The notes beneath the pieces were generated by a model. It was not told the origin of the DNA. It was given only the letters and a program-made list of their open reading frames with translations, and searched no databases. A stretch of DNA of 64,000 nucleotides from Lama guanicoe (Eukaryota): positions 409,168 through 473,167 of the forward strand of contig MU053482.1 in the NCBI GenBank assembly GCA_013239625.1. Direction: 5' to 3'. Positions 11,701 to 26,700 of the stretch are shown here, piece after piece; positions within the stretch are counted from its first letter, which is position 1, and the number at the start of each line of letters is the position of its first letter. Position numbers and translations under genes: made by a program.

Positions 11701-14700
11701 CGTCGCTGCCTGTATCTCTGCACATCCATCCTTCATCTGGTAAGAGACTCCAGTTTATCATGAACTTTTTCTCCCAGATGCACTCACCAGGGTTTCAGCC
11801 TTCTCTTGGCTTAAGCTTCCCTGTGTATTCTGGACTCTGCACTTGGCTCAGAGCCCTTGTCCAGTCCAGTAACAGCAGTCTCTGCTCTGGGTGGATGGAT
11901 TATAACAGGTAGGCAGACACTTGGACTCAGCCTTTCCCTAAGGCCTTGGAGCAGAGAGGAGAAGGAATGTAACAGTGTCTGTTTTTTCAGTTGTTTGTTC
12001 CAGGAGCATTAGGGGATTTGAGAGTTGGAATCCTGATCTTTCATGCTGCTGGGCTTATCTCTGAATCTGTCTGGAACCTTTGGCAAGCCACCGTGGCTGG
12101 TAGAGGAGTCCTTCCTTTGTATGCCTACTTTGTGTCTGTGGCACATGCCCCCTGCCTAGGGCTCTGGAGGGCCCTGCCTTGTACTTGCCTCTTGCTCGTG
12201 GCTCATCCTCATAGTTTGTTGTTTATCACGTGGGGCTGGATATTCACACAGTTCTCTGGCTAATCACCATCTGCAGATAGTCCAGTTCTGAGAGACGGGA
12301 CCCACTGAGATTTTATGAAAAATGGGAAATGGCATGAAGGAGGCCTGGCCTACCTTGCCTGGCTTAAGCCAGGTTTTGGGTCTTATATATCACTTTAAAC
12401 TTCATCAGAGAAGGTTAATCACTAGGGACAGGACCCTAGAGTCTCAAAGGTGGCCTTGACCACAAGGAATTTCTATTCCCAGGAGGAATCAGTGACTTCT
12501 TTTGTGGATAGCCCTTGGAAAATCTTAAATTTTCCATAATAAATATTTTAAATCCTGTAATAATTTTTTTCACATGATTTGAAATAGTCAAATCCTTTCC
12601 CTCTCTCAGAATTCCCTATGCCCTCACCCTACTCTTCATTGTCCTTTTTACGTGCTTCCTGTCACCTTTTAACACACCACGTAATTTACTTGTGTTGGTA
12701 AGCCAAATGCCCATGATAGAATGTAAGGTCCACAGGAGCAGAGACCTTTGTTTTGTGCATTGGTGTATCCCAAGAATCTGGAGGGGTCCTTGCACAAAGA
12801 AGATGCTGCGTAACAGCTCCACAGGCTTGAGAATTTGAACTTAGCAGAGCCTCTGTGTGTCTTGAGTTTGTACTGATTGGACCCTTCCCTTCAGGGGTAT
12901 TCTTTAGTTGTTTTCAAAGACTGGCAGAAGAGGACATTTGTAGTCTCTCTTCAGGAGGTTTAGGAGAGAGGGGCCAATGGCATTAGGAGTGTCAGCATCC
13001 TGGAGCCATAGTGTGGGACAAGAGGAGGCAGTGGGCTTTAGCGTCCAGACAGCAAAGCCTGGACCTGTCACTGCGTAAAACTGAACGGGGCCGGAGGTGG
13101 GGGCGAGCTGCTCCGCGGCCTTTCTCTACCTCCAAGTTCTTAAGTCTGAGCTTTGTTTTAATATTACAAAAATACTAGGAATAACTTTTCTATGGTCATA
13201 GTTAACTTACTTTTATTTTTTAAATTAAGGTATGATTTGCATGCAGTAAAGAAAATAAATTGTAAATATACAGTTTGCTGAAATTTGTGTGTATATATAC
13301 ACCCATGTAACTACCAGTGGGTCAAGACACAGAACACCTACAGTACCATAGCGAGTTCCCTGGTGCCTCTCATCAGTGCCCCCACAGGTAACCACTACTC
13401 TGACCTCTGTCACCATAGATTAGTTTTGTCTGACTTTGAATTTGATGTAAACGGAATCAGACAGCATGTGCCCTTTTTTGTCCGTTTTTCTTCACTCCAC
13501 ATTATGTTAGTGAGATTTATCCATAACCTTTCGGTAGTAGTGGTGCACTCTTTTGTATTACTGTGCGGTGTGTTACTGTACAAATACACCACAGTTTATT
13601 TGCTAATTCTCCATTGATGGACTTTTGTGTTGGTTCCAGTTTTTTTTTTCCTACTGTGAATAACGTGGTTATGAACATTTTTGTATGTCTTTTGATGGAC
13701 AAAAACACTCATTTCTTTGGGGTATATATTCCAGGAGTGGAATTGCTGGAATAGGGTATATGTGTGTTTTGCAGTGCCAAACAGTTTTCTAGAGTGGTTG
13801 TATCAGTTTATATTCACATCAGACTTCTGGTTGTCCTGTGATCTCACCAGCACTTGGTATTGTCAGGATTTTTAATTTTAGCCAAACTGGAAAGTGTACA
13901 GTGGTATTTCATTGTGGTTTTGATCACCAGTGATGTCAAGCATCTTTTCCTACGTTTATTGGCTGTTTTGGTACCATCTTCTATAAAGTGTCTAACTCTT
14001 CCTTATTTTTTATTGGGTTGTCTGGTTTTTTCCCTATTAATCTGTAGCAGTTCTTTATATATTCTAGATAAGAATCCTATATTAAATATATATATACGTA
14101 GTGGCTTATCTTTTTATTATTTTAATGGTGTCTTTTGATAAATGGAAGTTCTTAATTTTCTTGACATTCATTTTGTCTTTTTGTTTTGGTTAGTGCCCTT
14201 TGAGTCCTGGTTTAAGAAACCTTTGCTTACCCCAAAATCTTGTAGATATTCTCCTATATTTTCTGCTAGATATTTTATTACCGTATCTTTTACATTTAGG
14301 TATATGATCCATTTCAAATTAATTTTTATGTATGGTGTAGGGTAAAAGTCAAGTTTTGTGTTTCTCATTTATTGAAAAGACTATCCTTTCCCCGCTGAAT
14401 TACAGCTGTGTGTTTTTCTTAAGTCAGGTGATTGTGTATGGGTTGTTTCTGGACTCTCCTCTGTTCCGTTAATCTATTTGCCTGTCAATGTTACACTGTC
14501 TTAATTATTGTAGCCTTATAGTAAGTCTTAATATCTGGTATTGTAAATCCTATAACTTTTTGTTATTCAAGATTTCTCTGGCTATTCTAGGTTCTTTGAA
14601 TTTACATATGAATTTTAGGATCAGCTTGTCAATTTCCACAAAATAATTTACTAAGCGTTTTTTTAATTAGCTTGCTTTGAATCTATAGTTCAATTTGGGG

Positions 14701-17700
14701 GAGAATTGATATCTTAACAATATTTAGTTTCCCAATCCATAAACATGGGTCTGTTGATTTATTTTAATTTCTTTAATTATTCTTTAATTACTCTTAAGGT
14801 TTCCTGTAGAGGTCTTGAATATATTTCATTAGATTTGTTTCTAGATATTTGATTTTTTTTTTTTTTGCTGTTATAAATGGTATTTTTATTTTATTTTATT
14901 TTATATATGCTTTTAAATTGAAGTATAGTCAGTTACAGTGTGTCAATTTCTAGTGTACAGCACAATGTCCCAGTCATGCATATACATACATATATTCATT
15001 TTCATATTCTTATAAATGGTATTTTTAAAACATTATTACTTTCTAATAGTTGCTCTATACCATACACAAAAATTAACTCATGATGGATAAAAGACATTAA
15101 ATGTGAAAAGAAAATCCAAAAAGCTTTCAGAAGATAATATGGGATATTTTTATCATCTCAGGGTTTCTTAAAATGTAAAAATTATAAACCCTAAAATAAA
15201 TGTGTCTTTATTAAAATTAACTTTTTAAAATGTACCATAAAAAGAATGAAAAGACAAGAAAATGCAATTTGCAGCCACTTTCTGTGCTGCCGTGTGGAGT
15301 GGCATGGAACCTGTCCCTGTTGGTAGTCATCCCAAAGGTGGGGGAGGGCCATGAAGGAGGATCAGTGATCATCATAGCTGACAACTGAATTGTTACAGAA
15401 CAAAGTTTGTAATCTGTGCTAAAGAAAAGCAGGCTGCTACCCATTCAAATGTAGCATTACTGAATAACAATAAATAATAAAATAGATTAGAAACAAATAA
15501 ATAATGATATTAAATGTGAGTATTTGGTAGACACATCCATTTTTAAGGACGTTTCCATCAATTCCTAGTTTCCTAAGACATTTTTTTCATGAGTGAGTGT
15601 TGGATTTTGTCCAATCTTTTTTTTTTTTCTTCTTGTTCTGTATAGATAATCATGGGATTTTCTCCTTTAGTCTGTTAATATGGTGAATTGTCAGTATTAC
15701 ACCACTTTTTCATTACTGGGATAAACCCATTTCCTTCCTTCCTTCCTTGTGTAATTTTTAATTTTGATATAATTTCAAACTTATTAGCAGAGTTGCAAGG
15801 ATAGTATAATAAACTTCTACCTACCTTTCATCCAGATTGTTTTTGTCCCTTTTATGTTACCATTTATGCTCTTTTTCATTCTCTATATGTATATACATTA
15901 TTTTCCTGAACCATGTGAAAGTGACTTGTGGATATCAAATTTCTTTACCCCTAGATATGCTAGTGTTGTTTTCATAGGAACAAGGACATTTTCTTTCGTA
16001 ACTATAGTACACTCATAAAAAATTAGGAGGTTTCACTTGATACATTCTGTTATCTAACCCTTAATCCTTATTAAACATTTGCCAATTATTTCAACGATGT
16101 CCTTTATTACTGTTTCCTTCCTGCTTCCGACCCCATCCAGAATCATATGTTGCATTTAGTGGTCACTTCTCAGTCTCTTTCACATGGAAAAGCTCCCCTG
16201 CCTTTCTTGGCTCCTTGTCTCACAGAGGGACAACTCTCCAGTGTGATGTGCATTCCAAAGGCCGCTGCCCCTCCAGATTAGATGGGGAACAGCGTTGGCT
16301 GAGATCCAGCTTGGCACCTTCCCTTCCTCATCTTGCTTCCCTCAGTCCCTTAGAAGTTTATTTCAAGAAGATCATTCCTTCAGTAAGTCACATTTCCCCC
16401 AATTCCTGTCTCAGGCTCTGCTTCTAGGGAACCCAACCTTAAAAAAAAAAAAAAGTATTAGACCTAGAGCATTCAATGTTTTATTCAAATATTCTATAGC
16501 CACAATCATTTTTCTTACCCACTTTACCTTTCAGTTTCTGAGAGATGTTAAAGGTCCCCTCCTAGGACTGTGGATTTGTTAACATCTCCTTGATGTTTTT
16601 TCAGTTTGCAACATGTATTTCAAAATCACGTTGTTATGTGTGTAAAGGTTCATAACACTATTTCTAGGTGACTTTATTGATATGGAAAAGGATTCATTCT
16701 TGTTACTACCTTTCTACAGGAGTTCTCTGATGTTTACAGCATCAAGTGTTTGCTTGAACTTTTTCTGTCTTTTCGTTTTCAAGCTTCCTTTGTTACTTTG
16801 TTTTATATGTTTCTCTTACAAAGAGCTGGAAAACATTTAGTCTGAGAATTTATGTCTTGCAATAGGCTCATCTCATTTCTTATGGTGACTGATAGGTTTG
16901 GATTTATTTTTCTCGTCTCATTTTAGTGTTTCCTATCCCCTATGATTTCTATTTGATTCTTCCTTGTGTTTCTTGTCCTTTGTTGGGTTGATTACATTTT
17001 TGTTGCTATTACTGTCCTCTAAAGACTTGGGTGTTATACATTTTGTTCTTCTGCTCGTTGCCCAGGAACTACGTACTGTGTTTGCTCATCTTTCTTAGTT
17101 TTAGAATCTTGATTTTATTCCTTTTCTGAGACTCCTACCTGGAGGAAGTTATGTAACTCAGTTCTGGGCAATGAAACTTAAGTGGAAGTCGCTGGGATAG
17201 AGAGACATATGTAACTGGAATGTCTTTTTGAACCTTTACTCCTGTCTTACTGCCTAACCCTTGGATGTAATTTCCGGTAATGGGAAAGCCACCACACCAT
17301 GATGAGGGTGAAAGGCACATTAAAGGATGGAAGAGGAGGAAGACAGAAGGAACTTTGTCCTGATTGATATTATTGGGCCAATATGCCATACACAGATTAC
17401 TTATTGCATTAAATAAATAAACCTTTTACTTGATGAAGCCACACTTTTTCTAGTTTTCTCTTACTTGCAGCTGAATGCATATGTAAGACATTTATCCACC
17501 TGCCCAATAGGTGTAGCTGTTCAACTTACATTTTTATAACCATGTCTTTTTCACGTCTTTCTCTTAAAGCACCTTCTCAGAGAGGCCTTCTCCAGTCACC
17601 CTGTTTGAGATTGCAAACCCCCACTATCACCAGCACTCCTCATCCCTCTTTCCCTGCTCTGTTGTTTTCTTCATGGCCCTTATCACCTTTTTACATACCA

Positions 17701-20700
17701 TAGAAATTTATTATTTATGTGTTTATTGTATATTATTTATTTATTTTGTTTTTGTATCCCCACCCCACCCCACAAGAGGGTAGGGATTCTATTTCATTCA
17801 TATCTGTATAATTCACTAGTATCTCTCTAGTATTTAGCATAAGGTATGCCATATAGTAGGTGCTCAGCAAGTCTTTGTTGAATGAATGAATGCCAAGTTG
17901 AAGCTGTGTCCGTCTTCTTTCCAAACAGAGTAAGCACTTGGAAAGCCCTCTCCTCATTTCCTTTTTCACCTCTCTTCCTCTCTCCATCCTCCGCCCTTCT
18001 CATTACGCTTACATTGATATCTCCTGGAATTTTAGTTCTAGATTGTTATGAACATTCTTGTTTTGCAGCTTACCCATTTAGAATTAACAATATGTTTCAG
18101 ATTTCTTTGCTCATCAGAGTTTCTTGTAGAATATACTGGCCTTTTATATTCGTTTTCCTCTGCCAGAAATACACTATTGTTTAATTTTTTTCCCAAAGAG
18201 AATCTGTGGATGGTAAATTTTTAGAGTCTTTGTATATCTAAAAATGTCTTCATCCTCAAATTTCAGTTATACTGTGGCTAAATACAATATTCTAGGTTTA
18301 AAAAATGTCTTCAGAACCTTGCAGACACTGCCCCTAGTGGTGAGGATTTAAAAAAAACGTATACTGATGAAGTTGTGCTTTGCTGTGTATTTGTATGCTC
18401 TGTCCTAGTTGTCACTCAGTAAGCCCTTCCAATATGCGGTGATACTTCCTTTCTGGGTCTCAGAAGACTGGTATCTGAGCTCAGGGTTAGCAGAATACAA
18501 TTCCCAGACACCACTGAGTTCTAATCACAAGCTCTGTTGATCAGAAACGGTAGGAGAGGTAGCAAGGACAAAAGATCCATCTGGTCAAGCACATCTTTCT
18601 GGGATCTCCCAGTGTCTCTCTTCCTCAACAGGACAGGCCCAGAGAGGTGGCAGCTACCAGCAACCTTTGCAGGCTGAGGAACTTTCCAGATGTGAGAAGA
18701 ACCCACCAAGAGGCTCCCAGACTTTTCCCCCATGTTCCCCAGCCCCCAGTGGACAGTCTGTGTCAGTAGCCAGAGACAGCTTCTGCTCTCACGTAGACTG
18801 CTGTGCTGGTCAGCAGGCCACATCACCCAGGCCTAGTGATTGGACTCCATGTCCTGGAATAATTGCTGAGCCTTGCTTATCCAGTCTTTCTTTTTCTTTG
18901 TCTAATCAGTGCATTGTGAAGCTCTCTTTTTACACATGCACACATTTTCTATTTGAGGTCCACCCTGGGGACTTTTAGCAGACAGGCCTGGCCTATCGAA
19001 TTAGCACATTGAAACCTCTCAATATATGTTCTCCATTTCACATCTTCTCTTAAAGATTTCTGGGGCCAATCGCTACTAAAAAGCAGCCCTTTATGTGCAC
19101 ATCCAGGTTCCAGGTTTCAGGCTCCAAGCTGTCAGAGCTTTGTACAGACCAGAGGGTGGCAGTTTGCTCTCCATCCCCCTTTCTGCAGTGTTTTCCACTC
19201 TCTCTGCCGGCAGATTCATGAGGATACATACCACATGCAACAGGGCCTGCAGGAGAGAGTGAAAAATTGCAAGAGAATCAGGACTGGCCAGGGCTCTGTA
19301 CACCTTCAGAGGGAGCAGTGCCAGCAGCTGGAGCAGAAGCTACAGCAGGCAGAAGCCTGGCTGCTGCAGATGGGACAGCTGGCCCGCCTGGTGGACTACA
19401 TGGTTTGCCAGAACCTCGTGTCCATCATAGAAGAGGAGATCACCTCTTTCGTGGCCAACATCCTGCAAGTGAGGTGGTGGGTGGCATGTGTGGAGGTGGG
19501 TGGGCAGGCAGGGGCCAGCCTGAGGGGCGCGGATGATGACATTTAGGCCCACGACCTCTCCTGACCCTTCTTTACAGGCCCCAAGGCAGAAACCCTTTCT
19601 CTCAGCACAGCTGGTCTTTGACAGTTGTGGCCAGCTGTCTCATGAGCCGTGTATTGAAAATATGATCCAGGTTATAACTGGGAGCCTAAAGTCTGTTGCA
19701 GCTTCCACCCTGAAGGTATTCTGGGTGGGGCCAGGGGCTGGCTGTAGGAATTCCCAGTTCCTATCCTCTGTACATTCTGAAACTCTCAGCCTGGTCTGAA
19801 CCCTCATTGTTTGCTATTTCTGCCCTTTCTCCATACCTGGGCGTGAAGGTAATGCAGTCTACAGACCCGAAGACCTCCTGGGATCCCCTATATTCTGAAG
19901 GTATTTAAGGAGCCCTAGGCAGAGGGGAGGAAGGGGGAACGGAAGAGGGGAATGAGGGAGAAGGGCAGATGCAGCGTTGTGACGCCAGAGTCAGGCCTTG
20001 GATGTGGATGGAGCAGCTCTAACCTGCGTCTGCACACATGTCGGTGGGTACGAGGGTTGGGGCATGTTTTTGCTCATTCACTCGTGTGCCTGTGTGTGTG
20101 TGTGTGTGTGTGTGCAAGCAGTGAATGTAGTGAGGGGTGTGTGAAAGAGTGTAAATGAGTGCCTTGTCCTCTATTGTTCCTCCTAACTCCACGAGGTTTT
20201 TCTCTTATGTCATAATTGCATTTCATTTGCTGTTGGATCTGATTGCTGAGTTAATTTGTACTTGTTTGAAGAACTCTGCCTATTCAATATTTGATTTTTT
20301 TTAATTTCATACAGAATAATTCATTGGTAATATTGAGCTATTTTATGGTTACCAGTTATCATTGGTTATCAATCCTCATACTTGTTAATCATCACTGAGG
20401 AAATACACCTTCACATTTCCTTTATTTGGAATACTCATGCTGTCATAAATAAACTCATTAAATGCATTCAGTCACATCTGACATGGAGATGCTTTTTCAT
20501 TTTCCCATTCAACCAGTATGTTTTCATTAAGATGACATAAAGATGCGAAGTTAATTTCAGGAAGTAGGTGACAAGGAAGGACAAGGTTCATTGAAAGGAA
20601 CTCATGTCGTTTACAAATCACACCATTTGGTGCACATTTTTTTCTCAAATGAATCTAGGTTAATCTAGAGACTTTTGATATTTGTCTTATGTGATACAGT

Positions 20701-23700
20701 GGAAAAAGGAAAGGCTCTGAAGTCAGACACGTTAGTTTACTAATCTGTAAAATGGGAATAATAAAAATACCTAACTTGCAGCATTATTTTGAAGAATCAA
20801 AGAGGTAGTATGTCTAGAATAGAGCTCAGCCCATAGTGGTACATACAACAAATAGTATCTTCTTACTATTATTAGTATTAAAGATGTAGATAAATCATAC
20901 ATTTCACAGTGTTTCCTCATTATTTGTTGTACTAACTCATACTAGGAATATATTGTAGTATTTTCCTTCGAATAGCAAAACCAACAAACAAAAACCGCTT
21001 AAACTTTTATTCAAAATTCTAGTGAAAGTGAGACTATTTTTTTAAACATTTTTTATTGAGTTACTGTCATTTTACAATGTTGTGTCAGATTCCAGTGTAG
21101 AGCACAATTTTTCAGTTATACATGAACATACATATATTCATTGTCACATTTTTTTTTTTTGCCATGAGCTACCACAAGATCTTGTATATATTTCCCTGGG
21201 CTATACAGTATAATCTTGTTTATCTATTCTACATATGTCTGTGAGTATCTACAAATTTTGAACTCCCAGTCTATCCCTTCCCACCCTCCTCCCCCTTGGC
21301 AACCACAAGTTTGTATTCTGAAAGTGACACTATTTACCTGCAATGTCTTAGATCATCCCTTCTACTTTTAAAAGAGCAGCAGGGACTGATGTATTTAGGG
21401 ATCGAATGTCACAATGCTTGTATCTTTCAAATGGTTTAGGGAAAATAAGATGGAAAAGCAGTGTGGCAAAATGTTAATAATTGTTCAATCTAAGTGAATG
21501 GATAAAGGGGTTTGTAGAATCTTTAAAGTTTTCTACATGTTTGAGATTTTTCAAAATCAAAATTTGAAGGAGGAAAAAAGATCAGCATGGAAAATCAAAT
21601 TAATATGGTGGAAGAACCAAACTAAAGTTCTGATTTAGGATTTTCTGAAAGTTCTTCATGAAAATTAGAGTAATATTCAATAAAAGTAAACATGTAGCAA
21701 TTAAAACACTACTAGTAGTCTTTAAGAAACATGTATCCACCTGAGAAATCTTTTAAATTAGGTAGAATTCACATGGCATTTTAACCACATTACAAAGTGA
21801 TTTCAGTACCTTTACTTATACACACAAAAAATGAAAACCAAGCCCCTTACCACAGAAACTTAACACCTTGACTAGATTCTAGTCCCTAGAAGAATACCCA
21901 ATGTATTATTCATAACCGTGCTTACAACACAATCTATACATAAGCTATGTTCTCCGGCATTTTTGAGAGGATAGTCTTAGTACTGGAACATTTTGAGACC
22001 AAAAAGAGATTATTAATATTACTATCTGATGCTCTTATAGTTGTATCAGGAATATTCTGCAGTTTAAAGCTGAGAAAATGCAATCAGATAATCATTTCTC
22101 TCACCTGACAAGTGTCAAGTTCAGGAACTATTATTGTAAAGTTCTTACATTAATTTTAGTATGACAGGATTCTCCCAAGATCAGAATATCTTTTTGATGT
22201 TTGTGATGAGATAAATCTGTAACCCTAAAAAGGGGCAAAGGATTGCTTCATTTTAATTATGAAATCTTTTGATGTACATTTTGTTTGGGATGGTGTTGAA
22301 GTTAGCCTAAAGATACAATGCAGAGAATGAAACTGTCATTCCTCTATATTTTTCCAGGGGGCTGCATGTGGCAGGGGGGGAATCTCTTGAGAAGGTGAGG
22401 TGTGAATAGTATCACCAGCAAGAGGAAGTCTAGATGGAAGTAGTGTAGCATGAGTGGATTCACACATGAGAGGGGACGAGAGTTTTTTCCTTGCCACTCT
22501 GTATGAAATTCTGAAGAGATGAAAAGTCATATAAATATGTTTAAGATACTTTGCTCTGTGTGAAATGTCTGAGTCACTCATTCAAGTAAACATACAGTAA
22601 ATATCTACCATTATTTAGGTCTTTCAAAGTTGGATGGGTAATTAAAAATGCAAGCTCCATGTTGACTTATATGTATTATACTAATACATGTGTTCTTTGA
22701 ATGGGAGCCCAAGTCCCTCAGCAATGACAGGTAACTTATGTATCTTTGACTTAGTTGATATGAGTTCTCTTTATTTCACTTTTACATTGGCTAAGAAATT
22801 ATTAGTGTTTTGTCTTGTTGGGCTATTGCACCTGCCGAATCACGTTAAAAATACACTGGCTTTTCTTTCCGTTGCTCAGAAGCACACGTGAACTGACCGT
22901 ACAGCATCGTATTGATTGAGTGCTCTAATGGGTCTTGGCACCTTGAGTCACAGTTCTTCAACCTTATGTTTGTTTTGGAGCTCACAAAACAGAAAGTTAC
23001 CAAATTCAAAGGCAGAAAAAGATGTGGCAGCACCAAGCTTCAGAGAAATTGAAACTTGAAAGTCAAGAAAGGAGCCCCTGCCTCTCAGAATGCTGATTGT
23101 CCTTTCACCTCTACTTCTCTCTGTGCTGCTTCCCAGAGAATTCCCCTGATTCTCTCCTAACACTCGCTGACTCTGCTTCCTTTGAACTTTCTGCTCCCTT
23201 ATAACTATTGCTTCCAAACAACTTCGACTTTCTATGGCACCAGCTCAATTCTTGACTCTTTATGACCTTTCAGTTAAGTTCTCCTGGCTGTGTGACCTTG
23301 TTCAAATTTTCAAGACAAAGAATAGAATTGATTCAGCCTAATCTATAGAGAACCACGTATCCATGAGCTCTGGCAAGGGGATGGGTCATGGCACAAGTCA
23401 GCTAACTTGGCTATAGGTCAGAGCGTGTCCTCTTAGAAGGGTGTATGTGGTGGAGGGGGCTCCAGTCTTCAGCTGTGCTTGTACCGGCTACAAATATCTG
23501 TTGTATGAGCCTAAATGTGCCAGTTGGTTTTGGATTACAGAATCCTAACTCAAAATTAGGTCAGTGAAAGGGGGGATTTGTTGGTTCCCATAACTAAGAA
23601 ATTCATGGTTGCAGCTGGATTCAGGGCTCAAGCAGTGTCATCAAGTCTTTATTTCTTGCAGGCTTTTGATTTCTTGTGTTTGAATTCTGAATTACTGAGA

Positions 23701-26700
23701 ATGCTTTCAGCTGGAAGTAACAGAAGACCTAAGGGGGGCCTAAACAATAAAAACAATCATCTCACATAACAGGAAGTCTCTAGGTAGCTTCCAGGTTGAT
23801 TCAGTGGCTCAAAACGTCACTAAGTAGCAGGCTTTTTATACCCTTCCCCTACTCCTTTCTGGCTGTAGCTCTCAGTAAGAGCAGAGCCTCTTACAAGGGG
23901 AGGGGAGGCTGCAATCAAAACTCTTTTTTCATCCCCAGTCTTGCTGCCTTGTAGTTGCAAGACAAGCTGCAGCTCCAAGCATCCCATCCTCAAGCAAAAT
24001 CAGTTTAAAAAAAAAAAAAAAAAGAGGGTGGGGGTGGGGTGAGGCAAGGTTAGAGAGAGAGGTTCTCCTTGCCTGACTCACATTTTATCAGGAAAGGAAA
24101 TCTCCAGAAACTCCCCAGCATGTCTTAAAGATGTTAATCCATTTTCTTCTGGTATTCAAAGTTGTTCTCAAAAAATCTGATAGTAATCTAATTTTATTTT
24201 CCTGACAAATCACTTGCTTTTTTTGCCTAGATACCTAAAGTATGTTTTTTCTTTTTCCTTGCAGTTCAGTAATTTTAGTGGGATATGTCTTGGTAGTGAG
24301 CATCCTGAGGCAGTTTTCTCAGGTATGCGCCTTCAAAATATAGTTTTAAGTCTTCTGTATTTCTGTCCTCGAATTAAAGTTTTTAGTATTGTTCTCTTCC
24401 CATGCTTTGGATTTTTCTTCAGGTACTCCTGTTACGTGTATTTTAGATCCTTATCATGTATCTCAAATATATGTCCTTTTCTCTTGAATTCTTAAAAGAA
24501 AAAACTTCTTTGTTTTTTATTTTGCAATTATCCGCATTTTTACCTTCTGTTTTTCTTAAGGCATTATTAATCTGTTAAGTTTATTTGCTCTTATCTTCTT
24601 TTGTAGTTCAGTTTCCATTCTAAAATGATTTTTTCTTTTATTTCTAATTCTTTCCTGAGTGGCATTGCATAATTTCTGAGTTTTTCTAACTGATACATGT
24701 TTTTCTTTCATGGATTTTGTCGTTTTTCTGTGTCTTCGGCTCATTCTGAAATGGGCTTGTTTTGATCTACTCCCCATTCTCTCTTTACTTTCGCTGCCTT
24801 TGTATGGGGTTTGATGTTGATACTTCTGTTGTTCATTTGTAAAAAGTTGGCTGGTGTTAACTTTTAGGAGACGGCTTGGTTCAGAATAGTTTTCTAACCT
24901 CCCAATTTCCTTTTCTGTTGGTTTTCTGTAGTGTTCCAAAAATGGTGGCTAGCTTTCTGAGATTGCCTGGTTTCGGTGTCTCTCTTCCACCTTTATCCAG
25001 ACCTTTTCTTTCCTTTTTCTCTATTGCTTCCATTCTGCTCAATCTTTATTTTACCCCCAGCGGTTTCACCTCAGTGCTGTGCTCTGCCCCGGGAGGGAGC
25101 CCTTACCAGTTGACTTCAGGAGTTTATCGAGCATAGACTGCTTCAGCACCTGCGGACCCTACCCCACCTGCTACTGGAGCGGGCACAGCCCCTTCCCCTT
25201 TTACCTGCTGTTCTCAAGTTAGCTCCCTGCTTTCCAAGAAATGGCTGTTGACTGTTTCGGAGTTTTCCTGGTCTCAAGTCAGTCTGATGTGTCACTGTCT
25301 CCTCTGCTTCCTTCCCACAAATGGTGACACCATGTGGGTCTTGAGGCTGTAGGTGCTTTGTCCCCACCCACTTATATTTAAGAGTTTTTGAGGATCCCTT
25401 GTCTTCATTTTGTTAAAAATGTTATCCTAATGGGATTTTGGTTTTACTGTCTAATTGCTCTGTCAGTTTTATATCCCAAATTCATGTGGGGATTCGGGAT
25501 AGATTTCAAAACTAAGCTGCCCCTTCCGCCATCTTCCCAGAACCCCTTCTAGCATTATTTTTAAAGGATCATTCCCGTTGTTATGTGGGGCAGAGCCTGC
25601 AAGGTGGTAGAGGTAAGGACCAGAGCAAGGAGACGAGTTAGAAGGGTACTGCAGTAGTGCAGCGAGGTTGTATGGTGCGCGGGGCTGGGGAGAGCGGGCA
25701 GGCGATGGTAAGAGGTGCTGAGAATGGGTTGGATTCTGGGTATATTTTGAATGTAGAGCCAATGGGATCTTGTGATGGCTGAGTGAGTTGTGTGTGGGAG
25801 GGAAGAGTCAAAGATGACTTTGAAATTTTTGACTGAAGCACCTGGAAGAATGGAGTTCCCATTTACTGAAGTTGGAGGCCTGCAGGAGGAACGATTTGGA
25901 GGAGGGAGAGAAATCAGAGCTCATCTTTGGCTCTTAAAAGTCTGAGGTGCATGTTCAACATCTGAGGAGAGGTGTGGAGCAGGCAGTTCTTTAAGTGGGA
26001 TTGGGATTCAGGGAGAGATCTGAGCTAGACATAAATTTGAGAGCAAATAGATGATATTTAAAACCGTGAAACTGGAAGAGTTTTCCTAGAAGGTGAATAG
26101 AGATGGAGAAGAGATCTGGGGCCTGGGCCTTGGGGGTTGGGGTGGGGCGGGGCACTGTGGTGTTCAGGGGCTGGTAGCATGGATCTGATTTCTGAACATT
26201 TTGATTCCACACTTCTCCCTTTTTTGTACAAAATTTTTAACATAAAAACTGAAATTGGCAATTAACCGGTTTTTAAGAAGTTAAGAGGGAGGCCAAGTTC
26301 AAGGATATTCCTTCAGGCAGATACTGAGGACTGGCTGGCTCAGCTTCCTTTCCCACCCCTTTCTCTGCTCTGCAGAGGCTAGAGGGCTACACACTGCACT
26401 TCTCAGCCCCCCGTGCAGCTGGGAGTCGTATGTGATTTAGATCTACCAGAGGCTTCAGCTCAGAACTGAGATAGGTAGGGGAGAGAGGCAGGACATACGC
26501 CATCCATTCTGCTGGTGGGATCGTGGTCATTTGTGATTACGTGCTTGTGTCGCTGGCTGTACAGCAGTGACATCCCACTTTTCCAGGCAGCACCAAGCCC
26601 TAGACACTTGGCCTAGAGTGTTTTTGTCTTTCAGCTCTTCCAATTATGCACAACCCACGTGATATTCCATAGTAATTCCCTCCCTGCTTATCCTAGCTGG

